A stretch of 59,528 bases of DNA from the NCBI GenBank assembly GCA_038065295.1, contig JBBTRG010000007.1:1-59528 (forward strand), written 5' to 3'. Source of the stretch: Patescibacteria group bacterium. Lineage in GTDB: Bacteria; Patescibacteriota; Minisyncoccia; JACROR01. Positions within the stretch are counted from its first letter, which is position 1; every line of letters starts with the position of its first letter. The notes beneath the pieces were generated by a model, which saw only the letters and a program-made list of their open reading frames with translations, was not told where the DNA came from and did no database searches. This document shows positions 28,615-39,149 of the stretch, in pieces. A program made the translations under genes and the position numbers.

Positions 28615-29151
28615 CTAATCCTTAATAAAAGGAACGCCCATAATTTTGAATAATTCCAGCGCCTCTTCCCGGCTTTTGGCATTGGTCACAAAAGTAACCT
28701 CCAGACCAAATATGGTCTTTACATCTTCGCCGATAATCTCCGGAAAAACAAGACTCTCCTTGAACCCGAGGCTCAAATTGCCACCCTGATCCACGGATTT
28801 TTTATTAATGCCGCGAAAGTCTCTTATCCTGGGTATGGCGTATCCCACGGTCCGCTCAAAAAAATCATGCATCCGTTTGCCGCGCAAAGTGGCGGAATAA
28901 GCGACTATGCTCCCCTGCCGCGTCTTAAAAGAAGCTATGGCCTGTTTGGCTCCCCTTTCCACGACTTTCTGGCCCACTATTTTCTCAAGCATCTTTTTGA
29001 TGTCCGCGCGCTGCGCGTTATCACTAAAACGTCCTATACCGGTATTAACCGTTATTTTCATCAAACGCGGAACTGCCAGTTTGTTTTTATATCCAAACTT
29101 CTTCATCATAGCGGGGATTATTTCTTTTTGAAAATTTTCTTTAGAATTCAT
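28615..29151 (-). CDS. rplE: 50S ribosomal protein L5
   Basis: PRLMKITVNTGIG and FRGINKKSVDQGGNLSLGFKE motifs. Start at MNSKENF; the track extension overlaps rplX. Confidence 0.93.
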   Translation of the reverse strand: MNSKENFQKEIIPAMMKKFGYKNKLAVPRLMKITVNTGIGRFSDNAQRADIKKMLEKIVGQKVVERGAKQAIASFKTRQGSIVAYSATLRGKRMHDFFERTVGYAIPRIRDFRGINKKSVDQGGNLSLGFKESLVFPEIIGEDVKTIFGLEVTFVTNAKSREEALELFKIMGVPFIKD

Positions 29152-29455
29152 GACTGCATTTTTTACAAACCCTGGCTTTGGCGAATCCTTCCACGACTTT
29201 CCAGGCAATGCGCGTGGCCGCTCCGCATTTCGCGCACTTAAGCAAAACGTTTGAAGCCCGCAAAGGCATGGCAACCTGCACTACGGTTCCTTTTTCTCCG
29301 GAACGTTTCGGGCGCCTGTGCTTGCGCACCGTATTTACGCCATCCACGATTATTTTCTCCAACTTAGGGAACACGCGCACGATCTTGCCGGATTTTCCCC
29401 TGTCTTTGCCGGACAGCACCAATACCATATCATTTTTTTTCAGTCCTTTGATCAT
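29141..29455 (-). CDS. rplX: 50S ribosomal protein L24
   Basis: [23 protein letters not shown] motif. CxxC...CxxC tail. Confidence 0.93.
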   Translation of the reverse strand: MIKGLKKNDMVLVLSGKDRGKSGKIVRVFPKLEKIIVDGVNTVRKHRRPKRSGEKGTVVQVAMPLRASNVLLKCAKCGAATRIAWKVVEGFAKARVCKKCSHEF

Positions 29456-29820
29456 ATTACTTCGGGAGCTAAAGATATAATTTTGGCAAAACCTCGTTCG
29501 CGAAGCTCTCTTGGCACCGGACCGAAAATACGTCCGCCCTTCGGCTCGTTATTATTATCAATAATAACCACGGCGTTATCATCAAAACGGATAACCGATC
29601 CGTCCTTTCTCCGGTATGGGCTGCGTTGCCGCACCACCACCGCTTTCAAAACTTCTTTTTTCTTGGCAATTTTCCGCGGCTCGGCACTTTTGACGGATAC
29701 AACCACTATGTCACCCAGCCTGGCATAGCGCCTCCGCGTTCCACCCAAAACCTTAATACACGCCACCAGTTTGGCGCCGGTATTGTCGGCCACATTTAAC
29801 ATTGATCTTGGCTGTATCAT
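29452..29820 (-). CDS. rplN: 50S ribosomal protein L14
   Basis: [17 protein letters not shown]. Confidence 0.96.
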   Translation of the reverse strand: MIQPRSMLNVADNTGAKLVACIKVLGGTRRRYARLGDIVVVSVKSAEPRKIAKKKEVLKAVVVRQRSPYRRKDGSVIRFDDNAVVIIDNNNEPKGGRIFGPVPRELRERGFAKIISLAPEVI

Positions 29821-29822
29821 AA

Positions 29823-30065
29823 TTAGTATTTACTGGTAACTACAAAGCGTTTATCCCTGGAAAGAGGTCTGCATTCCCGAATTAAAACCTTGTCGCCGAC
29901 CTTATACTCGCTCTTTTCATCATGCGCCTTATAGCGCTTGGTTATTCTCATATACTTTTTATATTTGGGATGCTGTACATATCTCGCAACGGCAACAACC
30001 ACCGTTTTTTTCATAGCTGCGGATACCACCTCGCCTTTTAATGTTTTAGTCCCTAAATGCAACAT
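29823..30065 (-). CDS. rpsQ: 30S ribosomal protein S17
   Basis: [20 protein letters not shown]...HPKYKKY...YKAHDE. Confidence 0.93.
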   Translation of the reverse strand: MLHLGTKTLKGEVVSAAMKKTVVVAVARYVQHPKYKKYMRITKRYKAHDEKSEYKVGDKVLIRECRPLSRDKRFVVTSKY

Positions 30066-30068
30066 TTT

Positions 30069-30254
30069 TTATTTTCCAGATTTAATAACGGTTAAAATGC
30101 GCGCAATATCTCTTCGAAGCGTCCTGGCCTCTTTAACATTCTTTTCTTTACCCAAAGAAACGTTAAATTTGAATTGTATCAGTCTATCCCTGGATTTGTC
30201 CAGCAGATTTTGAAGTTCCGCTTCGGATTTTTGCCGCAATTCTTTTATTTTCAT
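30069..30254 (-). CDS. rpmC: 50S ribosomal protein L29
   Basis: 61 aa; KELRQKSEAELQNLL... helical hairpin pattern and operon position. Confidence 0.9.
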   Translation of the reverse strand: MKIKELRQKSEAELQNLLDKSRDRLIQFKFNVSLGKEKNVKEARTLRRDIARILTVIKSGK

Positions 30255-30664
30255 ACTCGTACTACGAATTTAGTTTTTACCGGGAGCTTGCTGCCCGCCT
30301 TGCGAAGCGCCTCCTTAGCTAATTCCGCCGAAATGCCGTCCACCTCAAACAAAACTTGTCCGGGCTGAACTACGGCAACATATCCTACCGGATCGCCCTT
30401 CCCCTTGCCTAAAGGCACGCCTGGCGCTTTGTTGGTAATCGGCTTATCAGGGAAAATACGGATCCACATTCTGCCGGTTTTCTGCACATAACGAGTAATG
30501 GTTTTGCGAGCCGCCTCTATCTGCCGGGAAGAAATTTCATAAGCATCTTCAGTTTTTAAACCGAAACTTCCAAAAGCAACGGTGGTTCCGCGGCTGGCCA
30601 CTTTGCGGGAATAATTTCTCATTCTCTGCCACTTGCGATGTTTAACTTTTTTAGGAAACAGCAT
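30251..30664 (-). CDS. rplP: 50S ribosomal protein L16
   Basis: [11 protein letters not shown]...[20 protein letters not shown]. Confidence 0.95.
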   Translation of the reverse strand: MLFPKKVKHRKWQRMRNYSRKVASRGTTVAFGSFGLKTEDAYEISSRQIEAARKTITRYVQKTGRMWIRIFPDKPITNKAPGVPLGKGKGDPVGYVAVVQPGQVLFEVDGISAELAKEALRKAGSKLPVKTKFVVRV

Positions 30665-30680
30665 GTTGCTTTAAATATTT

Positions 30681-31355
30681 TTATTGATGAGCGCCGCCTT
30701 CATCGCCACTGAACACCTCGCCCCGGTAAATCCAAACCTTTATGCCGATATCGCCGTACGGCAAATGCGCCTTTTCCTTAGCAAAATCAATATCCGCGCG
30801 CAAAGTCTGCAAAGGTATCTGCCCCTCGCGCAGCCACTCCGATCTGCTCATATCCGCCCCGCCCAATCGGCCATTCAACGCGACTTTAACTCCCTTAACT
30901 TCTCGGGACGCCATGCTTCTTTCAATCACCTGTTTCATAACGCGCCGAAACGGCAAACGCTTCTCCAAACTTTCCGCTACCATTTGCGCTATAATTCTGG
31001 CTCGCGATTCCGGAAACTTGGCTTCTTCCACCGCGACTCTGATTTCTTTAAATTCCCCAAGCTTTAAACGCGCCATTTTCTTAGACAGCTCTTTTTTTAA
31101 TTTCTCAATACCCTCTCCTCCCTTGCCAATAATAACTCCCGGACGGGAAGTTCTTATGGCTAAGCTAAAAAAATTGGGCGAGCATTCTATATCTATTTCA
31201 TCCACGTACATCCCGCGCAATCTCGTTTCCAGCCATTCCCGAATAATCACGCTGGCTTTCAAAAATTGCTTGTATTGCTTAGTACGACCCCAGCGCGATT
31301 TCCAGTCACGTATAGTCTGAAGCCTGTATGCGTATGGATGAACTGTGTGTGTCAT
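30681..31355 (-). CDS. rpsC: 30S ribosomal protein S3
   Basis: KH domain (RPGVIIGKGGEGIEKLK) and C-terminal GRLGGADMSRSEW. Confidence 0.95.
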   Translation of the reverse strand: MTHTVHPYAYRLQTIRDWKSRWGRTKQYKQFLKASVIIREWLETRLRGMYVDEIDIECSPNFFSLAIRTSRPGVIIGKGGEGIEKLKKELSKKMARLKLGEFKEIRVAVEEAKFPESRARIIAQMVAESLEKRLPFRRVMKQVIERSMASREVKGVKVALNGRLGGADMSRSEWLREGQIPLQTLRADIDFAKEKAHLPYGDIGIKVWIYRGEVFSGDEGGAHQ

Positions 31356-31364
31356 ATTAAATAT

Positions 31365-31715
31365 TTATTTTTTCTCCGGCCTATCTTCTAAAATAAGCGA
31401 AATGTGGGAAGTTCTTTTTCGTAAAGTAGTGGCGCGTCCGAAAGCGCGCGGCATAAATCTTTTCAAAACCGGACCTTCATCCACCCTTATTTCTTTTACA
31501 AAAAGCTCGGAGTCATCCTTAATGCTGAAATTATTTCTGGCATTAGCCATAGCAGATTGCAATAATTTTTTCAAAGGCGCCACGGATCGTTGGGCCATAA
31601 AACCAAGCTGCACCAAAGAAACCTTCACGTTCTTTCCGCGAATCAAATCCGCTATCTTGCGCACCTTCCTCGGCGCTATGCGCAAATGTTTCAATTTTGC
31701 AGTGATTTCCATCAT
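31365..31715 (-). CDS. rplV: 50S ribosomal protein L22
   Basis: HLRIAPRKVRKIADLIRGK...VDEGPVLKRFMPRAFGRA. Confidence 0.95.
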   Translation of the reverse strand: MMEITAKLKHLRIAPRKVRKIADLIRGKNVKVSLVQLGFMAQRSVAPLKKLLQSAMANARNNFSIKDDSELFVKEIRVDEGPVLKRFMPRAFGRATTLRKRTSHISLILEDRPEKK

Positions 31716-31726
31716 ATTCTAAATTA

Positions 31727-32047
31727 TTATGCGGCTTTAGCCGCCTTGGCCTTTTCCATTTCAGCCACCTTGGCCTTTGCTTCAATCTCTTTTTGCATTT
31801 TACCTCCGTGTCTAATAAACTTTTTAGTCGGACTAAATTCTCCCAAAACATGCCCGACCATTTCTTCGGCAATCTGCACCTCAATAAAATCTTTTCCATT
31901 ATGCACCGCGAAAGTAAATCCCACCATTTCCGGAGAGATCGTGGAATTTCTCGCCCAAGTCTTAATAGGCTTGCCGTGTACCGCCTTGCCTACTTTTTTC
32001 ATTAATTTAGCGTCCAAATAAGGGCCTTTTTTTGCTGATCTAGTCAT
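31727..32047 (-). CDS. rpsS: 30S ribosomal protein S19 (with K/A-rich C-terminal extension)
   Basis: [10 protein letters not shown]...[23 protein letters not shown]...GHVLGEF. Confidence 0.95.
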   Translation of the reverse strand: MTRSAKKGPYLDAKLMKKVGKAVHGKPIKTWARNSTISPEMVGFTFAVHNGKDFIEVQIAEEMVGHVLGEFSPTKKFIRHGGKMQKEIEAKAKVAEMEKAKAAKAA

Positions 32048-32050
32048 GTT

Positions 32051-32893
32051 TTATTTTGATTTTGATTGTCTGCGGCTGATGATAAACAAATTGGAATATT
32101 TTTTCGGATGTCTGGTTTTTACTCCTCGTGTTCCTTTACCCCAAAGATTCCTGGTTCTCGCCATTCCCGCTCCCTGACGGCCCTCTCCTCCTCCATAAGG
32201 ATGATCAACAGGATTCATAGCCGAGCCTCTCACCGTGGGACGAACACCCTTCCAGCGCGACCTCCCCGCCTTGCCCAACACCACCAAATTATGTCCGAAA
32301 TTGGAAACCTGACCCACGCTCGCCCAAGCAAGCGAATTGATTTTTCTGACTTCCCTGGAAGGCAGTTTAATCTGCGTTAATCCTTCGTCATGCGCCAGGA
32401 TTATAGCCGCGCTGCCGGCGGATCTCACCATGCGCGCCCCAGTATTGGGTTTTAATTCTATATTATAAACCTGCGTGCCAACCGGAATTCTACCCAACGG
32501 CGTGCGATTGCCTGGAGAAATTTCGGCGGTAGAAGACGCGATCAGCCGATCTCCCTCTTTCACTCCTTCCGGAACCACCACATAGCGTTTTTCACCGTCT
32601 TGATAAACCACGAGGGCGATAAACGCGGTACGATTAGGATCGTATTCCAAGCTTTTTATTTTGGCGAACACGTCTTTTTTATCCAGCTTAAAATCCACCA
32701 TCCTCCAAAGCCGCTTGTGGCCTCCGCCCTTATGACGAACCGTTATGCGCCCATCGGCATTTCTCCCCCCGTGACGGCTAAACCCGGAAACCAGGCTTTT
32801 TTCCGGCCTCTTCTTGCTTAAAACGCCGCGGTATAAAATTCCGCTCATCTGCCTACGCGAAGGCGTGGTTGGTTTGTAAGTCTTTATTGCCAT
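32051..32893 (-). CDS. rplB: 50S ribosomal protein L2
   Basis: GRNADGRITVRHKGGGHKR and VRGSAMNPVDHPYGGGEG. Confidence 0.96.
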   Translation of the reverse strand: MAIKTYKPTTPSRRQMSGILYRGVLSKKRPEKSLVSGFSRHGGRNADGRITVRHKGGGHKRLWRMVDFKLDKKDVFAKIKSLEYDPNRTAFIALVVYQDGEKRYVVVPEGVKEGDRLIASSTAEISPGNRTPLGRIPVGTQVYNIELKPNTGARMVRSAGSAAIILAHDEGLTQIKLPSREVRKINSLAWASVGQVSNFGHNLVVLGKAGRSRWKGVRPTVRGSAMNPVDHPYGGGEGRQGAGMARTRNLWGKGTRGVKTRHPKKYSNLFIISRRQSKSK

Positions 32894-32896
32894 AAT

Positions 32897-33349
32897 TTAT
32901 ACGAATTCAATTCTATCACCTCTTTTCAAAATTACTATAGCCTTTTTGCTGCCTGATTTATAACCATGAACTCCCCTTTTCAATCTCGGCTTTTGTCGTT
33001 TAGCCAAAATCCTTACTTTTTCCACGGAAACTCCGTATATTCCTTCAACCGCCTGCTTCACCATTTGTTTATTGGCGTCATCATTTACCGTAAAAACATA
33101 ATGCCCTCCGGCATTTTCTCCGCGCGGCAGAGATTCGCTCAAATAAGTCGCCTTTTCCGTAATATGCGGAGCGCGAATCACGCCCACGGCACGCCGCCCA
33201 TCCTTAATAAGCAATCTGCCAGAATCCGCCTTGGCTTTCTTTTCCAAAACAACGGTTTCTTCCGCGGGAATAATCTTGCTTTTAGCGCGCTCCGCGTACC
33301 GCTTTCTTTCTTTTTTATCTTTGTCTTTAAATAGATTAAGCAAACTCAT
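32897..33349 (-). CDS. rplW: 50S ribosomal protein L23 (N-terminally extended)
   Basis: IRAPHITEKATYL...YVFTVNDDANKQMVKQAVEGIYGVSVEKV. About 50 extra K/E-rich residues at the N-terminus. Confidence 0.9.
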   Translation of the reverse strand: MSLLNLFKDKDKKERKRYAERAKSKIIPAEETVVLEKKAKADSGRLLIKDGRRAVGVIRAPHITEKATYLSESLPRGENAGGHYVFTVNDDANKQMVKQAVEGIYGVSVEKVRILAKRQKPRLKRGVHGYKSGSKKAIVILKRGDRIEFV

Positions 33350-33358
33350 GATAATGAT

Positions 33359-34027
33359 TTATTTTTTAGCTTTAGCGTGAACTTGTCCGGTAGGCAGCGC
33401 CGCCACGACCGCTGTAGGCAAAATTAAATATTTATAACGCAATATATCCAAAATGCTTAAATTGCGCGCTGAAGCCATATCCGCAAAAGGCAAATTACGC
33501 ATAGCCCGCACCGTATCTAATTCACGCTCCGGCGACAAAACTAGCGTGCTTCCGCCCCGCTTTCCCAATTTGTCCATCCCCTTTATTTTTCTCAAATCCT
33601 TAAAAACAGCATCGGCTGCCTTGGTTTTAGGGCCGGTTTTAAAGGCATCCAAAAACACAATCTCGCCGTCTTTAAATTTTCGGGAAAGCGACACCAAAAA
33701 TGCTTTGGTTTTCATTTTTTTGTTAAGTTTTTGCGCGTAAACTTTTTCTTTAACCGGACCGTGCGTAACGCCGCCTCCCACCCAAATGGGCGAGCGCGTA
33801 GAACCGTGACGGGCGCGTCCGGTGCCTTTTTGCTTCCAGGGTTTTTTACCTCCTCCTCTGACCTCTCCTCTCCCCTTGGCGTGCGCGATAACAGCTCTTT
33901 GATTTGCCTGCAAAGCCAAAACCGCCTGATGGATCAAATTAGCGTTCCAACTCAAACCGAAAACCTCCTTCGGCAATTCCATACTTCCGGTTTTTTCTCC
34001 TTTCTGATTGTAAACAGTGGCTTCCAT
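33359..34027 (-). CDS. rplD: 50S ribosomal protein L4
   Basis: GGGKKPWKQKGTGRARHGSTRSPIWVGGG. Confidence 0.95.
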   Translation of the reverse strand: MEATVYNQKGEKTGSMELPKEVFGLSWNANLIHQAVLALQANQRAVIAHAKGRGEVRGGGKKPWKQKGTGRARHGSTRSPIWVGGGVTHGPVKEKVYAQKLNKKMKTKAFLVSLSRKFKDGEIVFLDAFKTGPKTKAADAVFKDLRKIKGMDKLGKRGGSTLVLSPERELDTVRAMRNLPFADMASARNLSILDILRYKYLILPTAVVAALPTGQVHAKAKK

Positions 34028-34036
34028 GATAAATTA

Positions 34037-34657
34037 TTATTTAGTCCTGATCTCCAAGAGAGAGCCCCGCGCGCCGGGAACCGCTCCGGAAATTACAAAA
34101 AAATTATTTTTCGAATCAATCTGCAATATTTTCAAATTTTTTACGGTAATACGATTCCCGCCCATGCGGCCAGCCATGCGCATACCCTTGGCCACTCTTC
34201 CTCCGGGGCGTCCACCGCCTCCTCCAATAGAGCCGGGCTCGCGTTCCGAATGCTTTTGACCGTGAGTTCGCGGACCGCCGTGAAAGCCGTGTCTCTTAAC
34301 CACGCCCTGAAAGCCTCTGCCTTTTACCGTTCCGGAAATATTTACCTGGTCGCCCTCTTTAAACGCTTCAACCGTAATCTTGTCGCCCAAATTAAAATCC
34401 GCCTTGTCCGTCTCGCTCACCCGAAATTCTTTGACGTGCCGGAAGCTCCCCAAATCTTTGTATTGCGAACGCTGTGGCTTGTTCAAATGCTTTTTAACCC
34501 CGAAGCCTACCTGCACCGCCTTATATCCGTCGCGCTCCTTGGTGCGAAGCTGGCTTACGATGACGGGACCGGCCTCAATTAAAGTAGCCGGCATAGCCAT
34601 GCCTTCTTCGTCAAAAATCTGCAATGTATTCTTTTTTAATCCTAAAATAAATGCCAT
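34037..34657 (-). CDS. rplC: 50S ribosomal protein L3
   Basis: FKEGDQVNISGTVKGRGFQGVVKRHGF...GSIG. Confidence 0.95.
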   Translation of the reverse strand: MAFILGLKKNTLQIFDEEGMAMPATLIEAGPVIVSQLRTKERDGYKAVQVGFGVKKHLNKPQRSQYKDLGSFRHVKEFRVSETDKADFNLGDKITVEAFKEGDQVNISGTVKGRGFQGVVKRHGFHGGPRTHGQKHSEREPGSIGGGGGRPGGRVAKGMRMAGRMGGNRITVKNLKILQIDSKNNFFVISGAVPGARGSLLEIRTK

Positions 34658-34661
34658 ATGC

Positions 34662-34697
34662 TTTTTTTAAAAAAACCCCAGGATACCCGGGGTTTTT
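34662..34697 (-). terminator. terminator-like hairpin between rpsJ and rplC (possible attenuator)
   Basis: Minus strand reads AAAAACCCCGGG-UAU-CCUGGGGUUUUUUU: 9 bp including one G.U pair, followed by a U-run. It ends 4-5 nt before the rplC ATG. Confidence 0.5.
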
Positions 34698-34717
34698 AAA
34701 GTATCCTGATTCAACTT

Positions 34718-35059
34718 CTACATCATCTTTACATCTATGTCCACGCCGGCCGGCAAACTAAGATCCGTCAGCGCATCAATAATCTTGGACGACGGGCTTA
34801 AAATATCCACCAGCCGCTTGTACACCCGCATCTCGAACTGTTCTCTTGCGTTCTTATGCACAAAAGTTGAACGATTAACCGTGTACTTTCTGATCTCGGT
34901 CGGTAACGGAACAGGACCGGTGATTTCCGCTCCGTAACGGAGCGCGGCATCAACAATCTGTTTTACCCCTTTATCCAAAATCTTGTGATCATAAGCCCGC
35001 ACTCTTATACGAAGCTTTTGATGCACAATTTCATTCTTTTTAGATGCAACCTTGCTCAT
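34718..35059 (-). CDS. rpsJ: 30S ribosomal protein S10
   Basis: KLRIRVRAYDHKILD...GPVPLPT...FTVNRSTFVHKNAREQFE. Confidence 0.95.
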   Translation of the reverse strand: MSKVASKKNEIVHQKLRIRVRAYDHKILDKGVKQIVDAALRYGAEITGPVPLPTEIRKYTVNRSTFVHKNAREQFEMRVYKRLVDILSPSSKIIDALTDLSLPAGVDIDVKMM

Positions 35060-35132
35060 TTTTTTAAATCGCTTCTTTTTCTAAGAACTAAGCCGCCTAT
35101 TCGAAGCGAGATGGGCGGCCTTATTCGCAAAA

Positions 35133-36326
35133 TTATTTAAGGATCTTCGTTACCACTCCGGCACCTACCGTCCTACCTCCTTCGCGGATGGCAAATCTTT
35201 GTTTTTCCTCCAACGCGACCGGCGCGATCAATTTCACGCGCAAATTAACCGTATCTCCGGGCATAACCATTTCCATGCCTTCAGGCAACGCCGCGTCTCC
35301 CGTCACATCCGTGGTTCGTATATAGAATTGCGGTTTGTAACCACTGAAAAACGGGGTGTGTCTGCCTCCCTCTTCTTTGGTCAAAATATAAACTTCCGTG
35401 TCAAATTCCGTGTGAGGAGTGATAGAACCGACATGCGCCACAACCTGGCCTCTTTCCACATCTTCTTTTTTCAATCCTCTAAGCAAAATACCCGCGTTGT
35501 CTCCGGCCAATCCTTCGTCCAAAGATTTATTAAACATTTCAATACCGGTAACCACGGTCTTTGCGGTGTCTTTCAATCCCACGATTTCCACGTCTTCATT
35601 AACTTTAACTTTGCCTCGCTCAATCCTGCCCGTAACCACGGTGCCGCGTCCTTCAATAGAGAAAATGTCTTCAATGGGCATCAAAAACGGCTTATCAATG
35701 TCTCGAACCGGCTCGGGAACGTATTCGTCCAGTTGCTTCACTAACTCCAAAATACCCTTAGCATATTGATCATCAATAGATTTGGCTTCCAACGCCTTCA
35801 GCGCAGACCCTCTGATTATAGGAGTCGTATCCCCGGGAAATTTATATTTATTCAAAAGCTCTCTCACCTCTGACTCAACCAAATCAATCAATTCCGGGTC
35901 ATCCACCATATCCACCTTGTTTAAAAACACAACAATGGAAGGAACGCCCACCTGACGCGCGAGCAAAATATGTTCTCTGGTTTGCGGCATGGGACCGTCA
36001 GCTGCAGATACCACGAGAACGGCACCGTCCATTTGAGCGGCTCCGGTAATCATATTCTTTATATAATCGGCATGCCCCGGGGCATCAATATGCGCATAAT
36101 GCCTTTTGGCGGTTTCATATTCGGAATGATGCAAAGAAATGGTGATGCCGCGCTGCCTTTCTTCCGGAGCTTTATCAATATCTTCAATTTTTTCCAGTTT
36201 AACTTTATTGCCTGCCAAATTAAGGACATGCAAAATAGCCGCCGTAAGAGTGGTTTTACCATGATCAACGTGGCCGATAGTTCCTACGTTGACATGCGGT
36301 TTTGTGCGTTCAAATTTTTCTGCCAT
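35133..36326 (-). CDS. tuf: elongation factor Tu
   Basis: [18 protein letters not shown] and NKVD G-motifs; 397 aa. Confidence 0.98.
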   Translation of the reverse strand: MAEKFERTKPHVNVGTIGHVDHGKTTLTAAILHVLNLAGNKVKLEKIEDIDKAPEERQRGITISLHHSEYETAKRHYAHIDAPGHADYIKNMITGAAQMDGAVLVVSAADGPMPQTREHILLARQVGVPSIVVFLNKVDMVDDPELIDLVESEVRELLNKYKFPGDTTPIIRGSALKALEAKSIDDQYAKGILELVKQLDEYVPEPVRDIDKPFLMPIEDIFSIEGRGTVVTGRIERGKVKVNEDVEIVGLKDTAKTVVTGIEMFNKSLDEGLAGDNAGILLRGLKKEDVERGQVVAHVGSITPHTEFDTEVYILTKEEGGRHTPFFSGYKPQFYIRTTDVTGDAALPEGMEMVMPGDTVNLRVKLIAPVALEEKQRFAIREGGRTVGAGVVTKILK

Positions 36327-36365
36327 ATTGTTTAACTTTAATTACTATTTTAATAATTACACTTT

Positions 36366-36394
36366 ATAATAAATAAAATGCTGCAAAATTGCAA
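36366..36394 (-). promoter_or_regulatory. sigma70-like promoter for tuf (TTGCAA-N17-TATTAT)
   Basis: Minus strand reads TTGCAA ttttgcagcattttatt TATTAT, about 40 nt upstream of the tuf ATG, in an AT-rich 208-bp spacer. Confidence 0.4.
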
Positions 36395-36534
36395 CTATGC
36401 TATATTCTATACAAATAAAATTTTCCGTCAATAGCTTTTACAGTTATACGGGTAGACTGGACAGATCGGCGTCAATTTCCAAGTCGTCAGCCAACAATTC
36501 CTCGGATATGTTTTTTTCTTCTTCTTCCATATAA

Positions 36535-38640
36535 TTATTTCTTGCCTTCTATAATAAGCTGAGCTACGCTCTGCGGTACTTCGTCATAACGCAAAAACTC
36601 CATAGTATAGGTAGCCCGTCCTTCGCTCATGGAACGGAGCGCCGTCACATAACCGAACATTTCGGACAGCGGTACTTGCGCGTCAATCACTTTAACATTA
36701 TACCGGTCGCTCATGTTTTCAATACGTCCGCGTTTGGAACTCAAACTGCCTGTGATGTCACCCAAAAATTTTTCCGGAGTCACCACTTCAACTTTCATAA
36801 CTGGCTCAAGGATAATGGGCTGGGCCCGCTTCGCCACCTCCTGCAAAGCCATGGACGCCGCGATTTTGAAAGCAGCCTCGGAAGAATCCACTTCATGATA
36901 AGACCCGTCATAAAGCGCGATACGTATATCAACCAACGGATGTCCGGACAATACGCCGCGATCCAGAGCTTCACGCACGCCTTTTTCAATCGCCGGAATA
37001 AATTCTTGCGGCACAGATCCTCCTTTGATTTCATTTTCAAATTCAAAACCAGCTCCGCGCGGCAACGCCTCAATGCGAAGTCTCACATGCCCATACTGGC
37101 CGCGGCCTCCGGATTGCTTAATATATTTGCCTTCCGCCTCCGCCGTCTTCTTCACGGTTTCTTTGTAGGCCACCTGCGGTTTGCCGGTGTTGGCCTCCAC
37201 TTTAAATTCCCGTCTCATCCTGTCCACCAAAACTTCCAAATGCAACTCACCCATGCCAGAAATAATGGTTTCCAAAGTATCAGGATCGGATTTTACCCTA
37301 AAAGTCGGATCTTCCATGGCAAGTCTTCGTATGGCCATACCCAATTTTTCCTGATCCGCTTTGGTTTTTGGCTCAATCCGCAAAGACACCACGGGCTCCG
37401 GAAATTCAATAGATTCCAAAACTATCGGACGATTTTCATCGCAAAGCGTGTCTCCAGTTTTAGTATTTTTCAATCCTATAATGGCGCCGATGCCGCCCGC
37501 GCTTATTTCCTCCACCTCCTCCCTGTGGTTAGCGTGCATGCGAAGTATTCTGCCTATGCGTTCACGGTCTCCAGTAGTGGAATTCAGCACATACGAACTC
37601 GGCCTCAATACTCCGGAATAAACACGGAAATAAGTCAGCTGCCCCACGAAAGGATCGTTTTGCAATTTAAAAGCGAGCGCCGTAAACGGAGCCTTGCCAT
37701 CCGCTACCAACTCTATCCCTTCTCCGGTTTTAGGATCAATGCCTTTGACTGGCGGCACATCCAAGGGTGATGGCAAAAAATCCACTACGCCGTCCAACAT
37801 AAACTGAACCGCCTTATTTTTTAAAGCCGAACCACAAAATACCGGTATAAGCGCGTAAGCCAGGCATCCTTTGCGGATCGCCGCCTTTAACTCTTTGTCG
37901 GAAATTTCTTTGCCTTCCAAATATTTATTAAGAGTTTCATCATCGCACTCCGCCGCCTTTTCCACGAGCTTGGCGCGCCATTTGTCCGCTTCGGCTTTCA
38001 AATTTTCCGGAATGTCTTTTTTCACCACATTCTCGCCGTGTTCGCCCTCAAAATAATAGGCCTGCATATCCAGCAAATTAACAATGCCTGCAAAATTTTC
38101 CTCCGCGCCGATAGGCAAAGTGATGGGGATGGCGTTGGGAGTCAGCCGTTCCAAAATGGAATTGTAAGATTTTTCAAAACTCGCTCCCATGCGATCCAAT
38201 TTGTTCACAAAACAAATGCGCGGAACTTTATATTTGTCAGCTTGTCTCCACACGGTCTCGGATTGCGGCTCCACTCCGGCCACTCCGTCAAAAACTACGA
38301 CTCCGCCGTCCAACACCCGAAGAGATCTCTCCACTTCTACCGTAAAATCCACATGTCCTGGCGTGTCTATGATATTTATGCGATGTTCGTACTCTTTATT
38401 TCCTCCAGCGTAAGTCGGAGTCCAAAAACAAGTGGTTGCCGCGGAAGTAATGGTAATGCCGCGCTCCTGCTCCTGTTCCATCCAATCCATCACTGCTTCG
38501 CCCTCGTGCACCTCGCCTATTTTATAAGAAACTCCCGTATAAAAAAGCACGCGCTCGGAGACCGTAGTCTTGCCAGCGTCAATGTGGGCGATAATACCTA
38601 TATCGCGAATTTTACTTATGGGATATTCCTCTGCCGCCAT
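36535..38640 (-). CDS. fusA: elongation factor G
   Basis: [17 protein letters not shown] and NKLD motifs; 701 aa with five-domain EF-G length. Confidence 0.98.
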   Translation of the reverse strand: MAAEEYPISKIRDIGIIAHIDAGKTTVSERVLFYTGVSYKIGEVHEGEAVMDWMEQEQERGITITSAATTCFWTPTYAGGNKEYEHRINIIDTPGHVDFTVEVERSLRVLDGGVVVFDGVAGVEPQSETVWRQADKYKVPRICFVNKLDRMGASFEKSYNSILERLTPNAIPITLPIGAEENFAGIVNLLDMQAYYFEGEHGENVVKKDIPENLKAEADKWRAKLVEKAAECDDETLNKYLEGKEISDKELKAAIRKGCLAYALIPVFCGSALKNKAVQFMLDGVVDFLPSPLDVPPVKGIDPKTGEGIELVADGKAPFTALAFKLQNDPFVGQLTYFRVYSGVLRPSSYVLNSTTGDRERIGRILRMHANHREEVEEISAGGIGAIIGLKNTKTGDTLCDENRPIVLESIEFPEPVVSLRIEPKTKADQEKLGMAIRRLAMEDPTFRVKSDPDTLETIISGMGELHLEVLVDRMRREFKVEANTGKPQVAYKETVKKTAEAEGKYIKQSGGRGQYGHVRLRIEALPRGAGFEFENEIKGGSVPQEFIPAIEKGVREALDRGVLSGHPLVDIRIALYDGSYHEVDSSEAAFKIAASMALQEVAKRAQPIILEPVMKVEVVTPEKFLGDITGSLSSKRGRIENMSDRYNVKVIDAQVPLSEMFGYVTALRSMSEGRATYTMEFLRYDEVPQSVAQLIIEGKK

Positions 38641-38672
38641 GAATAATAAACCAGCTTAAATATTTAGTAATT

Positions 38673-39143
38673 TTACCAGGCAAAATGCGCGAAAGCCCTA
38701 TTGGCTTCGGCCATCCGGTGCGTGTCTTCTTTCTTCTTAATAGCCGTACCCTCGTTTTTGGACGCCAATATGAATTCCTCCGCCAGTTTGCTGGCTATGG
38801 ATTTTCCTTTGCGAGATCGCGCTGCGCCTATAATCCAGCGAAAAGCGAGCGTTTGCGCCCGTTCGCGCCTTACTTCGCGGGGCACCTGATAATTAGCGCC
38901 TCCCACCCGCCGCGAGCGAACTTCAAGCGCCGGAGAAACATTTTTAATCGCTTCTTCCAAAATCGCCATGGGGTTGTCCAGCTTAGTGGTCTTTTTAACT
39001 TCTTCCAACGCATTATAAAAAGCGCGGCGCGCCACTGACTTTTTGCCGTCCCACATCAAAATATTTATAAATTTGGCGGCCATTTCGGAATCATAAATCG
39101 GATCAGCGGCCAATATTCTTTTATTTTTTATTTTTCTTCGCAT
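38673..39143 (-). CDS. rpsG: 30S ribosomal protein S7
   Basis: DPIYDSEMAAKFINILMWDGKKSVA...VRSRRVGGANYQVP. Confidence 0.96.
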   Translation of the reverse strand: MRRKIKNKRILAADPIYDSEMAAKFINILMWDGKKSVARRAFYNALEEVKKTTKLDNPMAILEEAIKNVSPALEVRSRRVGGANYQVPREVRRERAQTLAFRWIIGAARSRKGKSIASKLAEEFILASKNEGTAIKKKEDTHRMAEANRAFAHFAW

Positions 39144-39149
39144 AATTGA

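Noticed and set aside
33731-34582. Long antisense ORFs opposite highly expressed genes. Examples: 33731..34582(+) 283 aa, 36676..37770(+) 364 aa, 43071..43928(+) 285 aa, 23535..24095(+) 186 aa, 38038..38646(+) 202 aa, 30742..31320(+) 192 aa.
   Set aside because: All lie entirely within confidently identified minus-strand genes (rplD/rplC, fusA, Cys-repeat gene, adk, rpsC). Their compositions are odd, low-complexity and R/S/F-rich. They are shadow ORFs.
35060-35132. Hairpin after tuf (AAGGCCGCC...GGCGGCTT) as an intrinsic terminator.
   Set aside because: It has a large 16-nt loop and no U-run following the stem on the minus strand. It is not convincing enough to call.
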